Positions 47,803 to 60,210 of a stretch of 64,000 nt of DNA are shown here, one piece after another. Numbering within the stretch: the first letter of the stretch is position 1; each line of letters begins with the position of its first letter. The stretch lies in the NCBI RefSeq assembly GCF_020745735.1, contig NC_083429.1, positions 50,201,877 through 50,265,876 on the forward strand, in the 5' to 3' direction. Origin of the DNA: Hemiscyllium ocellatum (lineage: Eukaryota). Made by a program: the position numbers and the translations under genes. The notes under the pieces were generated by a model. That model worked only from the letters and a program-made list of their open reading frames with translations, ran no database searches and had not been told where the DNA came from.

Positions 47803-50800
47803 GTATGTACTATATCCCTGATGTCTGTATTTGTGTTAGTTCATCTGATTTTTACATGGATTTTAAAGGAGCTGGCCAATTAGTCTCAGAAACCCTGACC
47901 CCCCCACTCTTTGTTGACAATCCTGAACATCTTTCCTGTTTTAGTACATATTCTGATCATAGTTTTTATAAACAGTGGAATTAAAGGCTTCATGACAGCT
48001 TGTGAGATGACCTACTGCATTGGCTCATCTGCAGGTAGAATATCTGTTATGTTGCATATAAAACCCTCTGCACCACGAGTTTCCATCATCCATTTGGAGG
48101 AAATGGTGTGAGAGTTCCTGAGACAGTACTTGATAGAAAAATAGAATCCTTATGTGATTTTAAAATTATTTTTTTCAACACTTGTTCAGACTAGCAAATG
48201 GGATTTATTTTAATTTGGAGTGCCTAATATTTTCTTGCTTATAAGTTACTATTTTGCCGCCACGTTTCACTAATTTCTTTTTATTTTACTTCCTATTCTT
48301 CTTTTCTCTGCCCAGCCTCTGCAGAGCAACTAGCCTCTAGCTGCCCTCTTAGATGGAGAGGCCGTACTGAATGAGGTGACAGCCCAGCAGCTCTAACCTC
48401 TCCTTCTTGCTTGCACTGGGGTTTTAAAATGTGAAACTTTCTAATCATTTTGGAATGCTGGCATCTCAATTTTTGTGTGTTACTTTATTATTTCTTCAAA
48501 ATGAGATGCATTGTCTATGACTTGTTGTGCATTACTATTAACGAGGTTACAGTAAGGTACTGGAGGAGTCAGGGCTTCGATGTGTGGAACTGAGAAGGTT
48601 GAGATGAGTGATCTGATTAAGATCAAAGTAAATCGTTTCCCCTGGTCAATGGGATGTTGTTAAAGGCAGATGTTTAAGGCAGTCCAAACAGCAACTAAAC
48701 TGGGAGTTAGGAAACATTTCTTCACACAGAATGATTGAAATCACAGAATCCCTACAATGTGGAAGCAGGGAATTCGGCCCATTGAGTCCACATCGAACTT
48801 TCGAAGAGCATCCTGTACAGTCACCTGAGGCTGGAATCTAACCTGGGTGCATGTTAAGCAGCAGTGCACACCGCTGAGCTGCTGTGCTGGCCTCAGGAAT
48901 GTGGAAGCTCCATGCTGCAAAGCATTGTTGGAGCAGAGTTCATTTCATTCTCTCAAAAGGGAATTAAATAGTTTCTTGAGAGGTTATGATGTACAGTTCA
49001 TGCGAAGTGGGCAGGATTTGTGATATATTTGGCTAACTGATGTGTAGAGAGAAACTGGCTCAGATATACTGGACCAGATTACCTGTTTCTGCCCTGAGAC
49101 TTCAAAAACAAACACACATTCCATATGTGGTTCTTTGGAAATGTTGGTAATTGAATTTGATTTTCTGGATATTTTTAAAACCAATTTCTTTTTTTTTATC
49201 CCCCACCTCTTTTATAGAACCAAGTGCAGCGGGAGATAAAGTATGCTTTGAAGTCAATGCCTTGGATGAGCATTCCAACAGTGGCGTTATTCTTTGCAGA
49301 GGTCCGAGGCTACAGCAAATTGTATGACAATATTGAGGATTCCCATTATGGTAAGCGTTTTTAACAAAATAGGAATTCGATGCAGGGAAATGGATTCCAG
49401 CCAACATTTTATTTCATTCCCTAACACTGGGCAGCAAGCTGAACTCTGAACTCTGCATTGTTCTTGAACCCTGAGAGCAGGTGACACGGAAGGGCACGAG
49501 GAAACCATTTTCACCCTCCAGCCTGCTCTGCCTTTCTAGATCAGGACTGAATCGAAAATCTGATAGACTAGTTGCTTTGGAAATATCACCGTTGTATGAA
49601 ACAAATTGTAATCTTATTCTCTGTAGCCTGCTATTGATTCCACTATTGTAGGACTTCGAGTTCTATTTTGAATTGGTTGCCTACGCCCCAAGCTGAAGCA
49701 TTCCCCTTTCCAACATTTTTCATCTTTCATTCTTCCGTTCATTTGTGATTTGATCATTCTTCTGATCTTTTTCTCCCCTTTTTAATAACACTTCTTAAAA
49801 CCTCCATCTTTTCCAAACCTTTGACCACTTGTCCCTTACCTTTTGAGTGACATGAAATAAAGTTTGTACAACAGCACACATGTGCAGGATCTTGGGATAT
49901 TTCACTACTTTAAAGGTGCCATTTAAATGTAGCTGCTATTTATGGGCATTCGGTCTGAGTAAAGAGGGCCAAGGAAAGAGCCACTTTTTAAATAGCTGCA
50001 GAGCAGGGAAAGAGCAGTCCTTGGATATTAACTCTGGTGGGAGTTCTACCATCTCTCTCACACTCTTTCCCAAAACCCTCAAGCTTATGAACTGTGACTG
50101 TGCTCATAGCCACATGTGTATGATGAGCTGGAATAGGTGGGTAACCTGTGATTGTATCCTGAGCAGACTACCACTCTAACATTGGTCTTCCTGTTTAATC
50201 AGGTTGGTTTGGAGTAATCTTCAGTATGGCCTCCTTTCTTTTCTTCACGGACATGTGTATCTACTGGATCCACAGGTTTCTTCACCACCGGCTACTCTAT
50301 AAGGTAAGTGTTAGAGTCACAAGGAAGTACAGTTTTTGTACACAGACAGAGTGACTTGAAAATTAAGTTTAGATTACATTTGTCACGATTAGATACACTT
50401 TTCAATGAAAAGGGGTTACTCAGGCATGTTAGCATTGATAACAATATTGATAGACCAGAAGGAGACTATTCGCCCCACTGAGGCAGCTCTCCATTTGACC
50501 CACTCCCCAGGTGTTGCCCCATACCCTGTAAATTTCTCCTTGAATACTGTTCAGCTTCCCCCTTTGTAAATTAATATTGATTGTCTGAAGAGAGTGTGTC
50601 AAGAATCTACTAATAATCTTATTTCCACTTCATAGGTTTATTTAAAAATGCTGATTTTTCTCGTTATTACATCTAGCCCAAATTTTGGATACTGAGAGGC
50701 ATTTCAAGGCATGAGAACTGCATCATAATTGAACAGCATCTTGCGTAAATATAGAATTGCATCCCAAAAGAATCTTACGGCACCAACATTAATGTACACG

Positions 50801-51418
50801 CCTCTGGGCCAAAAGATCCATATTCAAGTCCCGTGATTCTTGGAGTTGTCATAATATGTCGAAACCAATCGAATTGTAAATGTTTGTTTAGCTTTTTAGA
50901 ACTGCATTTTTTTCCTTTTTAAGCAATCACTAATGTGCTGATTATATATAATTTCTTTCTCTTATTTGCAGCGACTACACAAGCCCCACCATACCTGGAA
51001 GATTGCAACCCCATTTGCAAGTCATGCTTTTCATCCTGTAGATGGGTTCCTGCAGAGTATCCCATATCATATCTATCCCTTCCTGTTCCCGCTACACAAG
51101 CTGGTCTACCTGGGTCTTTACATCTTTGTCAACATCTGGACAGTGTCCATTCACGATGGGAATTACAGACTGCCTAAAGTCCTCGAGGAGGTCATCAATG
51201 GTGCAGCCCATCATACCGACCACCACCTGTACTTTGACTACAATTATGGGCAGTACTTTACACTCTGGGACAGAATCGGAGGCTCCTACAAGTGCCCGTC
51301 TGCCTATGAAGGTAAAGGACCCCATGACTATTTGAGGAAGCTGACAGCTGAGGGAAAGCTGTGTAGTTCTTCCTCCAATGGCCAGGCAGCCATCGAAAAT
51401 GTCAGCAAAGAGGAATGA
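47593..51418 (+). CDS. sc5d: Lathosterol oxidase / sterol-C5-desaturase, complete CDS, 296 aa
   Basis: Exons 47593-47802, 49218-49350, 50203-50303 and 50972-51418 (210+133+101+447 nt), all GT-AG and in phase; three His boxes HRFLH, HKPHH, HHTDHH; [13 protein letters not shown] and [12 protein letters not shown] motifs. Confidence 0.96.
49218..49350 (+). CDS. sc5d: sc5d coding exon 2 (NQVQREI...[10 protein letters not shown])
   Basis: ttttatag acceptor, gtaagc donor, 133 nt. Confidence 0.95.
50203..50303 (+). CDS. sc5d: sc5d coding exon 3 ([18 protein letters not shown])
   Basis: AG acceptor, gtaagt donor, 101 nt; His box 1. Confidence 0.95.
50972..51418 (+). CDS. sc5d: sc5d last coding exon (RLHKPHH...SKEE*)
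   Basis: Polypyrimidine tttgcag acceptor; His boxes 2 and 3; TGA at 51416-51418. Confidence 0.96.
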   Translation, partial: RLHKPHHTWKIATPFASHAFHPVDGFLQSIPYHIYPFLFPLHKLVYLGLYIFVNIWTVSIHDGNYRLPKVLEEVINGAAHHTDHHLYFDYNYGQYFTLWDRIGGSYKCPSAYEGKGPHDYLRKLTAEGKLCSSSSNGQAAIENVSKEE

Positions 51419-52084
51419 GCTGCTCCCATTGTCTACTTCCCTTGCTTTGCTCCAGTGAAGCACTATCATCTCTGCCAAGAGCAATACAACGAATAATACA
51501 TAGTCCAGGCATCGCTCAGTATTTTAATTTGCCCTATCTTATTACTACAAAGTAAAATCTATTGGAAATGGGTAGCAGTAATAGACAGTTTGTTGCCTTG
51601 TGAATGAGGGGAATTTGAATTTACTAGCTATTCACAGACTGGAAATACTTTCTTTTATAAATAATTTATAGTACAATAATTGCTTAGGGCATTGACATAT
51701 TACTGACTTAATAACTTTGTTAATGCTGTGCATGCCATTATCTAGGGTCTGGGTGATTATTGGTTGTCTTCTCATTGTAATTATGTATGATATTACCATA
51801 ATTCATTTATTCTAATGATTCTGAGGAATTTTGAAACCGTGTGCTGTACAGCCTTTTATAAAGTAAAGAATTGAAGGGCAGAATCAAAGATTCCCATGTA
51901 CTGGAGATGATACTTCATTTCAGATGCACTATTGTGAACCATTATTGAAGGTTGAGTTCATACCTTAAACAATTCTGTTTAATGTTTACTGCCTACATAA
52001 TTTTGTGGTATTTCTTGGATTATTCTGTGGAATGTACAGTAAAATTCAATACTGCTTTCATGAGTGGGTTACTTATTTTCATCA

Positions 52085-55000
52085 AATTTTTATTTTTTAT
52101 AAATATTTTTATTAAAAACTTCAAATCTTTTACAAAACAACTATATATAGAAATAAAGCAAAATACAAAAAATATAGAGATAGTATAATAGTCATATCAC
52201 AATACTATTTAATGATAAACTACCTACTATTCTACCAGAACAAACGTATCTACTTAAACAAAACTACAATTAAATTAAGTTGAATTCAAATTAGCTTAAA
52301 TTATATCATATTACTTTATTCTATTTCACTCACCACATCTCCACTAAAACTCCTACCTCTGGGGGCACAAGTCGTTGTACCTGTATTTCTTTTCACCTAG
52401 TTGACCCCTCCCAGGGCCCTACAGGCACCAAACTGATTTCCATGGCTATATCACAGCCCTAATTAATATTGTTGATAAGTCTGCGTCAATATAATTTAGA
52501 AAGGGCCGCCGTGTCTTATAAAACTGCTTCGTCCAACTCTATTTTGATTTAATCCCTGCCCTCCCCTTCATTGTTTGATCATACAGCGTTGCCCTCTGAG
52601 AAGGGCACTGCTTGTCACTGGCCACCCTGGGGTTTTGTTTTGTGGTGCACCATATTTGTGAGGTAATCTTGGGGGGGATGCTCCATCACCAGCCTACACT
52701 GCCCCATAAGACCTGGGGGGTTTTCCAACTTCCAATTCATTAAAATGTCCTCCCTTGCAAAGTGGGTAAGAATGTTACACAGTCTCTTTCCATGCTCCTT
52801 CAGACAGGGCAAATTTGGCAACCCCAGAAGAAGAAATACCAGATCCACTTTGAGTTCGATTCCCCGGATTTCCTTCAGCTCCCTTACTATGGCACTACAG
52901 AATCTCTGAATCTTTAAACATGACCAATAGCAGTGTATGAGAGTGCCTATGTTAATTTTACATTTGGGAAACCCTGGTGATGCTCCTGTCTTGAACTTAG
53001 CTAGCCTCTCTGGCACATATGAGCCCTGTGTAAAATCTTCAATTGCATGGCCTGCGCTTTGTTACATATTGAGATTTTCTTTACATTTTTCCATATATCT
53101 TCCAATTTTTCCAATAAAATATCCTCTCCTGGTTCCTGATTCCAAGTCCTACAGAGTCTCTCCACATCTAAGGCACATCCTTTCTGTAAATGATACAAAG
53201 TACTAACCGAAAGAGCGCCCGTGCACCGGAGTAGTCTTTTCTCTACGTCTGACTGGTAAGAAGCGTGGTCCTCCTCTGTGTATAATCCCTTATCTGAAAG
53301 TACCTGAAAAGGGCCCTATTAAACATTCTATATTTCTGACTTCGTTGGCTAAATGACACCAAGACCTCCCCCTTGAATAAATCTCCCAAACAGGAGATTT
53401 GCCTATTCTCCCACAGCTTAAAGCTGGAGTCCATTGCTCCAGGTTTAAATCCTGGGGCTCCCACCAAATGGGTAAATGGCGAGGTCTTAAGCCAATTGCC
53501 CTCGTCTTGCCTCATTACCCTCCAAGCTTTTACTGTATTCAAAATGATTGGGCTCTTACACTGTTTGATCACATTTCATCTTATCCATGAATAATAGATT
53601 AACTAGGGGACATCTCGATGGCGGGGCTTCAATGTCACGCCAAATTGATTAAGAATCCTCCCTGTACCCAGTTACCCACATATGCTAACAGGGTGCTTAT
53701 TTGATATCTCTTTAAGTCTGGAAGGGCCACACCACCATCTCTCTCCCCCAATTTAATTAGAGGTTGCCTGCAACACAAATAAAGGACTGTCACCAACCAT
53801 TGAGCCTCAGTAACACTCATCTGGGTAGCAACACCGGGAGCATTCTCAAGGGGTACAACAGGTGAGGAAGAACATTCATTTTAATCAGGGCTATTTGGCC
53901 TAACCATGATAATGGTAATCCCTCCCACTGTTGCAAATCCTGTTTTATCCTCTCCAGTAGTTGTGCATAGTTATCTTTATACAGCTGGTGGAAGGCAGGG
54001 GTAATATATATCCCCAAATCCAAAAAACCCTTTGGCGACCATCTAAATGGGTGATGCAGTCCACCATCAGATCAGGCACCTCCCCTAATCCCCTCACTGG
54101 CATAGCTTCTGACTTTTGTAAAGTTGATCCTGTATCCCGCTAAACTGCCAAATAAATTAATTTTTTGAATCAATCGAGGAACAGACTCCTCTGGATTGGC
54201 CAAGAACAAAAGGACATCATCAGCGTATAGGGTGATTTTATGGTCCCCCATTCCCACCCCTGGTGCCACTATTTCAGGATTCTTCCTGATTGTCTCGGCT
54301 AACAGCTCAATTGCCAAGGTAAATTACAGTGGTGAGAAAGGACAAACCTGTTGTCTACCTGTCCCAGTATTAAAGTTATCTGACTTAGTACCATTCATGA
54401 TGACTGTTGCCTTCAGATCATTATACAATATCGCCACCCACCTGGCAAAGGCTCCCACCAGACCAAAGCGCTGTAGGACCCCAAACAGGTACAGCCATTC
54501 TATCCAGTCAAACTCCTTTTCTGCATCTAGGGAGACCACCAAACTTGGGATCCATCAATGCTGGCATACCTGTCTATGTTCAGTACCCTACTGATATTGT
54601 TGGAGGAGCTACGGCCCTTGATAAAACCCATCTGATCTACTTTTGTAAAATAGGGCAATACCTTTTCCAACCTCAGGGCCAGCATCTTTGATCGAATTTC
54701 AAAGTCTACATTCAACAGTGAAATTGGTCTGTATGAAGCACATTCTTCAGGGTCTTTCCTCTTCTTTAAAATAAGGGCGATATTCGCCTCCCTAAGAGAG
54801 GGCAGCAGACAAACCTGTGTATATAAATGGCTATAAATCCCCAAAAATGACTCCATCAACACATTTATGAATTCCTTATAAAACTCACTCCAGAATCCAT
54901 CTGGCCCTGGTACTTTGCCAACCTAGTGATGCTTTATTGCTTCCTGCATCTCTTGTATCGTAGTAGACGCATTTAACAGGGAGACCTGTTCCATATTTAT

Positions 55001-56080
55001 ACTGGGGAGGTCCAAGTTCCAAAAAAAGAATGCATTCTCACTGTACCGTCTTTGCCGCCCTCTGACCAGTATAACTCTGCTGTATAAATCTAACATTGGT
55101 CTTCTTCAACTCATGGGTAACTGTGCCAGCCTTTTCTCTAACAGACATAATGGATTAGGAAGCATTTTTCTTTCTAGCCAGATATGCCTGGTATCTACCT
55201 GGCTTATCAGCAAAGTCAAATAATCTTTGTTTAGCAAAGAAGACGTCTTTTTTTTGCCACCTATATGTGCATTGAGTCATGAGTGGCCTGGAGAGCCGTG
55301 ACCCCCTGCAGCTTGACCAATGAAGGCCCATTATAATATTCTTCCTCAGCTACCTTCAGCCGGGTCTCCAGCATCCGTTGCTGCTCCTTCCTCTGCTTCC
55401 TTCTAGTCATTGAATACAAAATAATGAGGCCTGGTAAATATGCCTTAGCGGCCTCCCAAAGTATTGCCGGATTACTGGCCATACCCGAGTTGATATCCCA
55501 GAAGGCTCTGAACTCACTTGTAAGGCACTCAACAAATTTCTCTCCCTTAACAGGAATAGATCCATGCGCCAGCACCGTATATCTATTCCACCACCCTTGA
55601 TTTTAATATCTAAGTACATTTGAGGATGGTCCAAGATAGTTATATTCCCAAATGTTCTGTCCAAACTAACCAACGGCATAAGGAACATGTCAATTCGTAT
55701 GTGGCACTTGTGTGAATTGGAATAAAAAGTAGTCTCCTCCTTTCAGGTGGAGGTGCCTCCACACATCCACTAATCCCATTTCCTCACTTATGTCCTCCAA
55801 CTGTCCAGATTGCGCAAGTGTACCTGCCGGGCCCCTTAGTATCCTGTCTACCCCGGGATTCATTCGGAGCTTAAAATCCTCTCCTATGATCGTGTGGCGC
55901 ACCTCAAGATTCATTAATTTAGCAACTGCATCAATTAGAAATTTAATTTCTAATTGATGCACTGGGGGACAATAAACATTCAGGACGCCATACTCTTCTC
56001 CTTGTATCGAGGTCACAAAACCAACAGCCTGTGACCTACCCTGAGCCATTACCCATTTACCTGCTACCCTATCCATCACT
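52085..56080 (-). mobile_element. L1-clade LINE ORF2, heavily disrupted
   Basis: Fragments VLNVYCP (APE), SYRPISLLNVD, SLDAEKEFD, ITLYADDVLLFL (RT), IALIKMNVLP, and a C-terminal CCHC remnant; T-rich (A-rich on minus) end near 52090. Boundaries approximate. Confidence 0.9.
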
Positions 56081-57574
56081 TACCTTTTGTAAGCCATAGA
56101 ATACAGCAGCTACTTCTTCAAAAAGGGGCGTGGTCTTGGCATCAATTCTCACCACTACTGCTGGCTTGGTTTCCTGCACTGGATGGTCCTACTTTAGCTG
56201 GGAAGATTTCTGGCTTGGAAGTTTACCCAGGACACTCTTCTAAAGGCATCTGGTCAAACTCTGGGTTGGAAATAGGGATCCTGAGCAAGGTTAGATGATT
56301 GAGAACTTTATGCAGAGTTTATGACCACATTATATGTTCATGTCCAACCCAAAAGACCAAACACATAGCTAGGGATTGATTTTAACCAAATGATTAGTTT
56401 TGAAATTCCAAGCAATAATAACCAAGATGCTGCCAGCATCGACTTAGTTTGATAGTTTTTAATGTTTGAGAAGGCACATCACCTTTTAATAGTTTGACCA
56501 TTTTGGGTAATGTCAGAAAGCATATCTTTGCACGAAGGATCAGGAAATCTGCAGTACACTCCTCTGAAGCAGAAAATTGATGGATTTTGTTTTGCATTTT
56601 TAATATTAAGGATTAGATAGATGGAGTTAAGATGTAGATCAGCTTTGACCTAATTAATTAGCAGAACAGACATGACAAGACGTCTGTTCCTATTCCTACA
56701 ACATTACTGGTTACTGAATTATTTTATAATGTGTTTGAATTGATTACAGTTTCTGTCCATCATGATATAACCGATTAAACATCCCACTTAACATTACTGT
56801 CTAGGTGTACCTCATTGCGATACTGCTTGCCAAACTCCTCTTTAAAGTCACATTGTTCTTTTTCCAAAAGACCAATTGACCTCTCCTCCACAAAGGTGCT
56901 GACTGATCTACTTCTGGCATCTTCTGTCTCCTTTATAAATCTTCTGCATCTCCAGATTTTCTGTTAACAGCATCCTGATGGTGAGAAGTTAATGAGAACT
57001 ATTTTCAAGCTGGTTAAAGGGGCCCTGTTGTAGTGCAAGTGTAGATTCCCCAACACTGAGGTAGGAGGAGAAAGTGAGGACTGCGGATGCTGGAGAGCAG
57101 AGTCAAAGAGTGTGGTGTTGGAAAAGCCAGTCAGGCAGCATCCGAGGAGCAGGAGAGTCGACACTTTGTGCATAAACATTCCTGGTGAAGACCTTATGTT
57201 TGAAACGCCGACTCTCCTGCTCCTTGGATGCCGCCTGACCAGCTGTGCTTTTCCAGCGCTACACTTTTTGACACTGAGGCAGGAGGCCGAGGTTCAAGTC
57301 TTGCCTGCTCTAGAGATCTGTAATAACTTCTGAACAGATTGGAAAATAACTTCAAGCTGTGAAAACTAATCTCGAAATTTGTGTTAATCAGCAATACCAT
57401 CATTGTCCACTTGGGTGCAGCTCTGAGCACAGATCATATTTGCAGATAAGGTCATTAAAGTTTTGTGGTTGAAGATAAAGTTTAATTTAGATTCAAAACG
57501 TCATCACTCCTCCCCAAACCACTCTCACGGTTTCACTGAGGGGTCCCACAAGTTCCAAGCCTTGATGATGGGGT

Positions 57575-58342
57575 TACCAGACCAACCAACCCAACCACCC
57601 CGTGGCTCAACACTTCAACTCCCCCTCCCACTCCACCAAGGACATGCAAGTCCTTGGACTCGTCCATCGCCAGACCATAACAACACGACGGCTGGAGGAA
57701 GAGCGCCTCATCTTCCACCTAGGAACCCTCCAACCACAAGGGATGAACTCAGATTTGAAAATGCTTTGCTGGTTAAAGCACAGCAGGTCAGGCAGCATCC
57801 AAGGAAAAGGAAATTCGACGTTTCGGGCATAAGCCCTTCATCAGGAATGATGAAGGGCTTATGCCCGAAACGTCGAATTTCCTATTCCTTGGATGCTGCC
57901 TGACCTGCTGTGCTTTAACTAGCAACGCATTTTCAACTGTGATCTCCAGCATCTGCAGACCTCATTTTTTACCCCATGAACTCAGATTTCTCCAGTTTGC
58001 TCATTTCCCCTCCCCCCACCTTGTCTCAGTCAAATCCCTCGAACTCAGCACCGCCTTCCTAACCTGCAATCTTCTTCCTGACCTCTCTGCCCCCACCCCA
58101 CTCCAGCCTATCACCCTCACCTTGACCTCCTTCCACCTATTGCATCTCCAACGCCCCTCCCCAAGTCCCTCCTCCCTACCTTTTATCTTAGCCTGCTGGA
58201 CACACTTTCCTCATTCCTGAAGAAGGGCTTCTGCCCGAAAAGTCGATTCTCCTGTTCCTTGGCTGCTGCCTGACCTGCTGCGCTTTTCCAGCAACACATT
58301 TTCAGCTCTGATCTCCAGCAGCTGCAGTCCTCACTTTCTCCT
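57575..58342 (+). mobile_element. Penelope-like element (family B, Neptune-like) 3' part with a nested palindromic cassette
   Basis: AQHFNSPSH...RRLEEERLIFHLGTLQPQGMN (GIY-YIG C-terminus); insert 57757-57975 with 14-bp TSD ATGAACTCAGATTT; terminal hammerhead at about 58214-58249. Confidence 0.88.
57813..57848 (-). ncRNA. Minimal type I hammerhead ribozyme motif, family B, intact core
   Basis: Minus strand ATTC-CTGATGA-A-GGGC-TTAT-GCCC-GAA-ACGT-C-GAAT; abuts a plus-strand copy at 57848-57878 that lacks C3 and the 5' arm of stem I. Confidence 0.8.
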
Positions 58343-59918
58343 CAGAGTGGGAAAAGGTTTGGGAAGCAGTGTCTTGCTGTAATTCCTTTCCTGTCTTGTC
58401 TCCATCTTGTGACGTGCTTTCGCTGTGTATGGAGGGAAGGTCGGCATGAAGTGCTTTTGTTTCGCAGAATCTCTGTTGTGGTATAACTGAAAACCATATC
58501 GGTGCACCTGAAGTCACCAGAGATTTTGGGGAAGGCAGAGGTCTAACTGTAATTTCTTCTGTGGTCAATTTCAAGGTGATCTCCCCAGCTACAGCTTCAG
58601 GTTATGTGCATTAGTTGGGGATTTCTCCATAAATAAAAATTGGCCACTAGAGGTAGTACGCTGGTAGTGTCCCAACCTCTGAACTAAGAAGCTCAGCTTC
58701 AGATCCAGAGCTGTGAAATAATGTTCTGAACAGGTTGATTAGCAAATATCAAAAATGCCCATTAATGATTAGATATTCCAACTCAAAAGAAGATTGCACG
58801 CTGCAAGACTTAGGAGTAGAAATTAGGCCATTCAGCCCATTGAGTCTGCTCCGCCATTCAATCATGGCTGATAAGTTTCTCAACTCCATTCTCCCTCTTT
58901 CTTCCCATAACCCTTGATCCCTTTGACAATCAATAACCTACCTATCTCAGAGTTAAATACACCCAATGATCTGGAATCCACAACCTTCTATGGCAGTGAA
59001 TGCCATAGATTCACCACTCTGTCACTAAAATAACCCGTCTCCAGCAACCACATGTGTAGACTTGCTCATTAATGAGGTCACTTTTGCTGTGCAAAGTTTC
59101 CAACGCAACTGATTCCAGAAAGGAATGCGACAGGGGAAAAAAAACGCCCAGAGTTTCTCCAGGCTTCCCATTTGACAGTTGTTAAACTCTTGCCATCCAA
59201 TTAGGTAGTCTCTAGAAAAGCAATCACTTGTATTTTGTGCACAGAAAGTTCCCACTGATTACAATGTGATATTGACCAGCTCGTCTGTTTCTCAAAAACA
59301 AACTGTTAAATAATCAATGTCCAAGATGGTCAATTCATCTGAAATAGCATAAGGAGCAATTAATTTGGGGCACAACTGGAGTTTGGGTGGATCTGGGAGT
59401 AGGGTGTTGTTTTTGGTAATAATAGGGAAATGGGGGGCTTTGGTAATAATGAAAATGGAATTATTAAATAGTCCTGATTGGAGTGTGTGTATTACTGGCT
59501 GGGCCAGCATTTATAAACCATCCCTAAGTACCTTGGAGAAGGTGATGCTGAGCTGCCTTCTTGAACTGCTGTAGTACTTGCCATGTAGGGGCACCCACAG
59601 TGCAATGAGGAAGAGAGTTTCAGAATTTTGACCCAGCAACATTGAAAGAGGGGTGATAGTACCAAAGGATGATGTGCAGCTTGGAAACCTTAAAGCATCT
59701 AAAACTTACAAGTAATGTGATCACCTTACTGCCAGTTCACCAATGGACTTTTCACATTTTATTCTTTCATGGGCTGATAGCATCACTGGCTGGGCCAACA
59801 TTTGTTCCCATCCCTAAGTGCTCTTGACCTGACTGCCTTGCTTGGCCCTGTTAGAGATCAGTTAAGAGTCAACCACATTACTGTGGATTTAGAGTCACAC
59901 AAAGACCAGACTAGGTAA

Positions 59919-60210
59919 GGATGGCACGGTGGCACAGTGGTTAGCACTGCTGCCTCACAGCACCTGAGACCTGGGTTCAATTCCCGACTCAGGCGACTGA
60001 CTGTGTGGAGTTTGCACGTTGTCTACGTGGGTTTCCTCTGGGTGCTCCGGTTTCCTTCCACAGTCCAAAGATGTGCGGGTCAGGCGAATTGGCCATGCTA
60101 AATTGCCCGTAGTGTTAGATAGGGATAAAAATGTAGGGGTATGGGTGGGTTGTGGGTCGGTGTGGACTTGTTGGGCTGAAGGGCCTGTTTCCACACTGTA
60201 AGTCTAATCA
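59919..60210 (+). mobile_element. V-SINE (HE1-like)
   Basis: A box TGGCACAGTGG, B box GGTTCAATTCC, central domain, GGGCCTGTTTCCACACTGTA 3' end. Confidence 0.9.

Noticed and set aside
57757-57975. Integrated viroid or deltavirus-like agent
   Set aside because: The two polarities are inverted copies of one PLE terminus, with a TSD and adjacent GIY-YIG remnants; a retroelement origin is sufficient.
59919-59990. tRNA gene (also at about 45240-45307 and 61602-61670)
   Set aside because: A and B boxes are present but continue into a shared SINE body and LINE-like tail; these are SINE heads.
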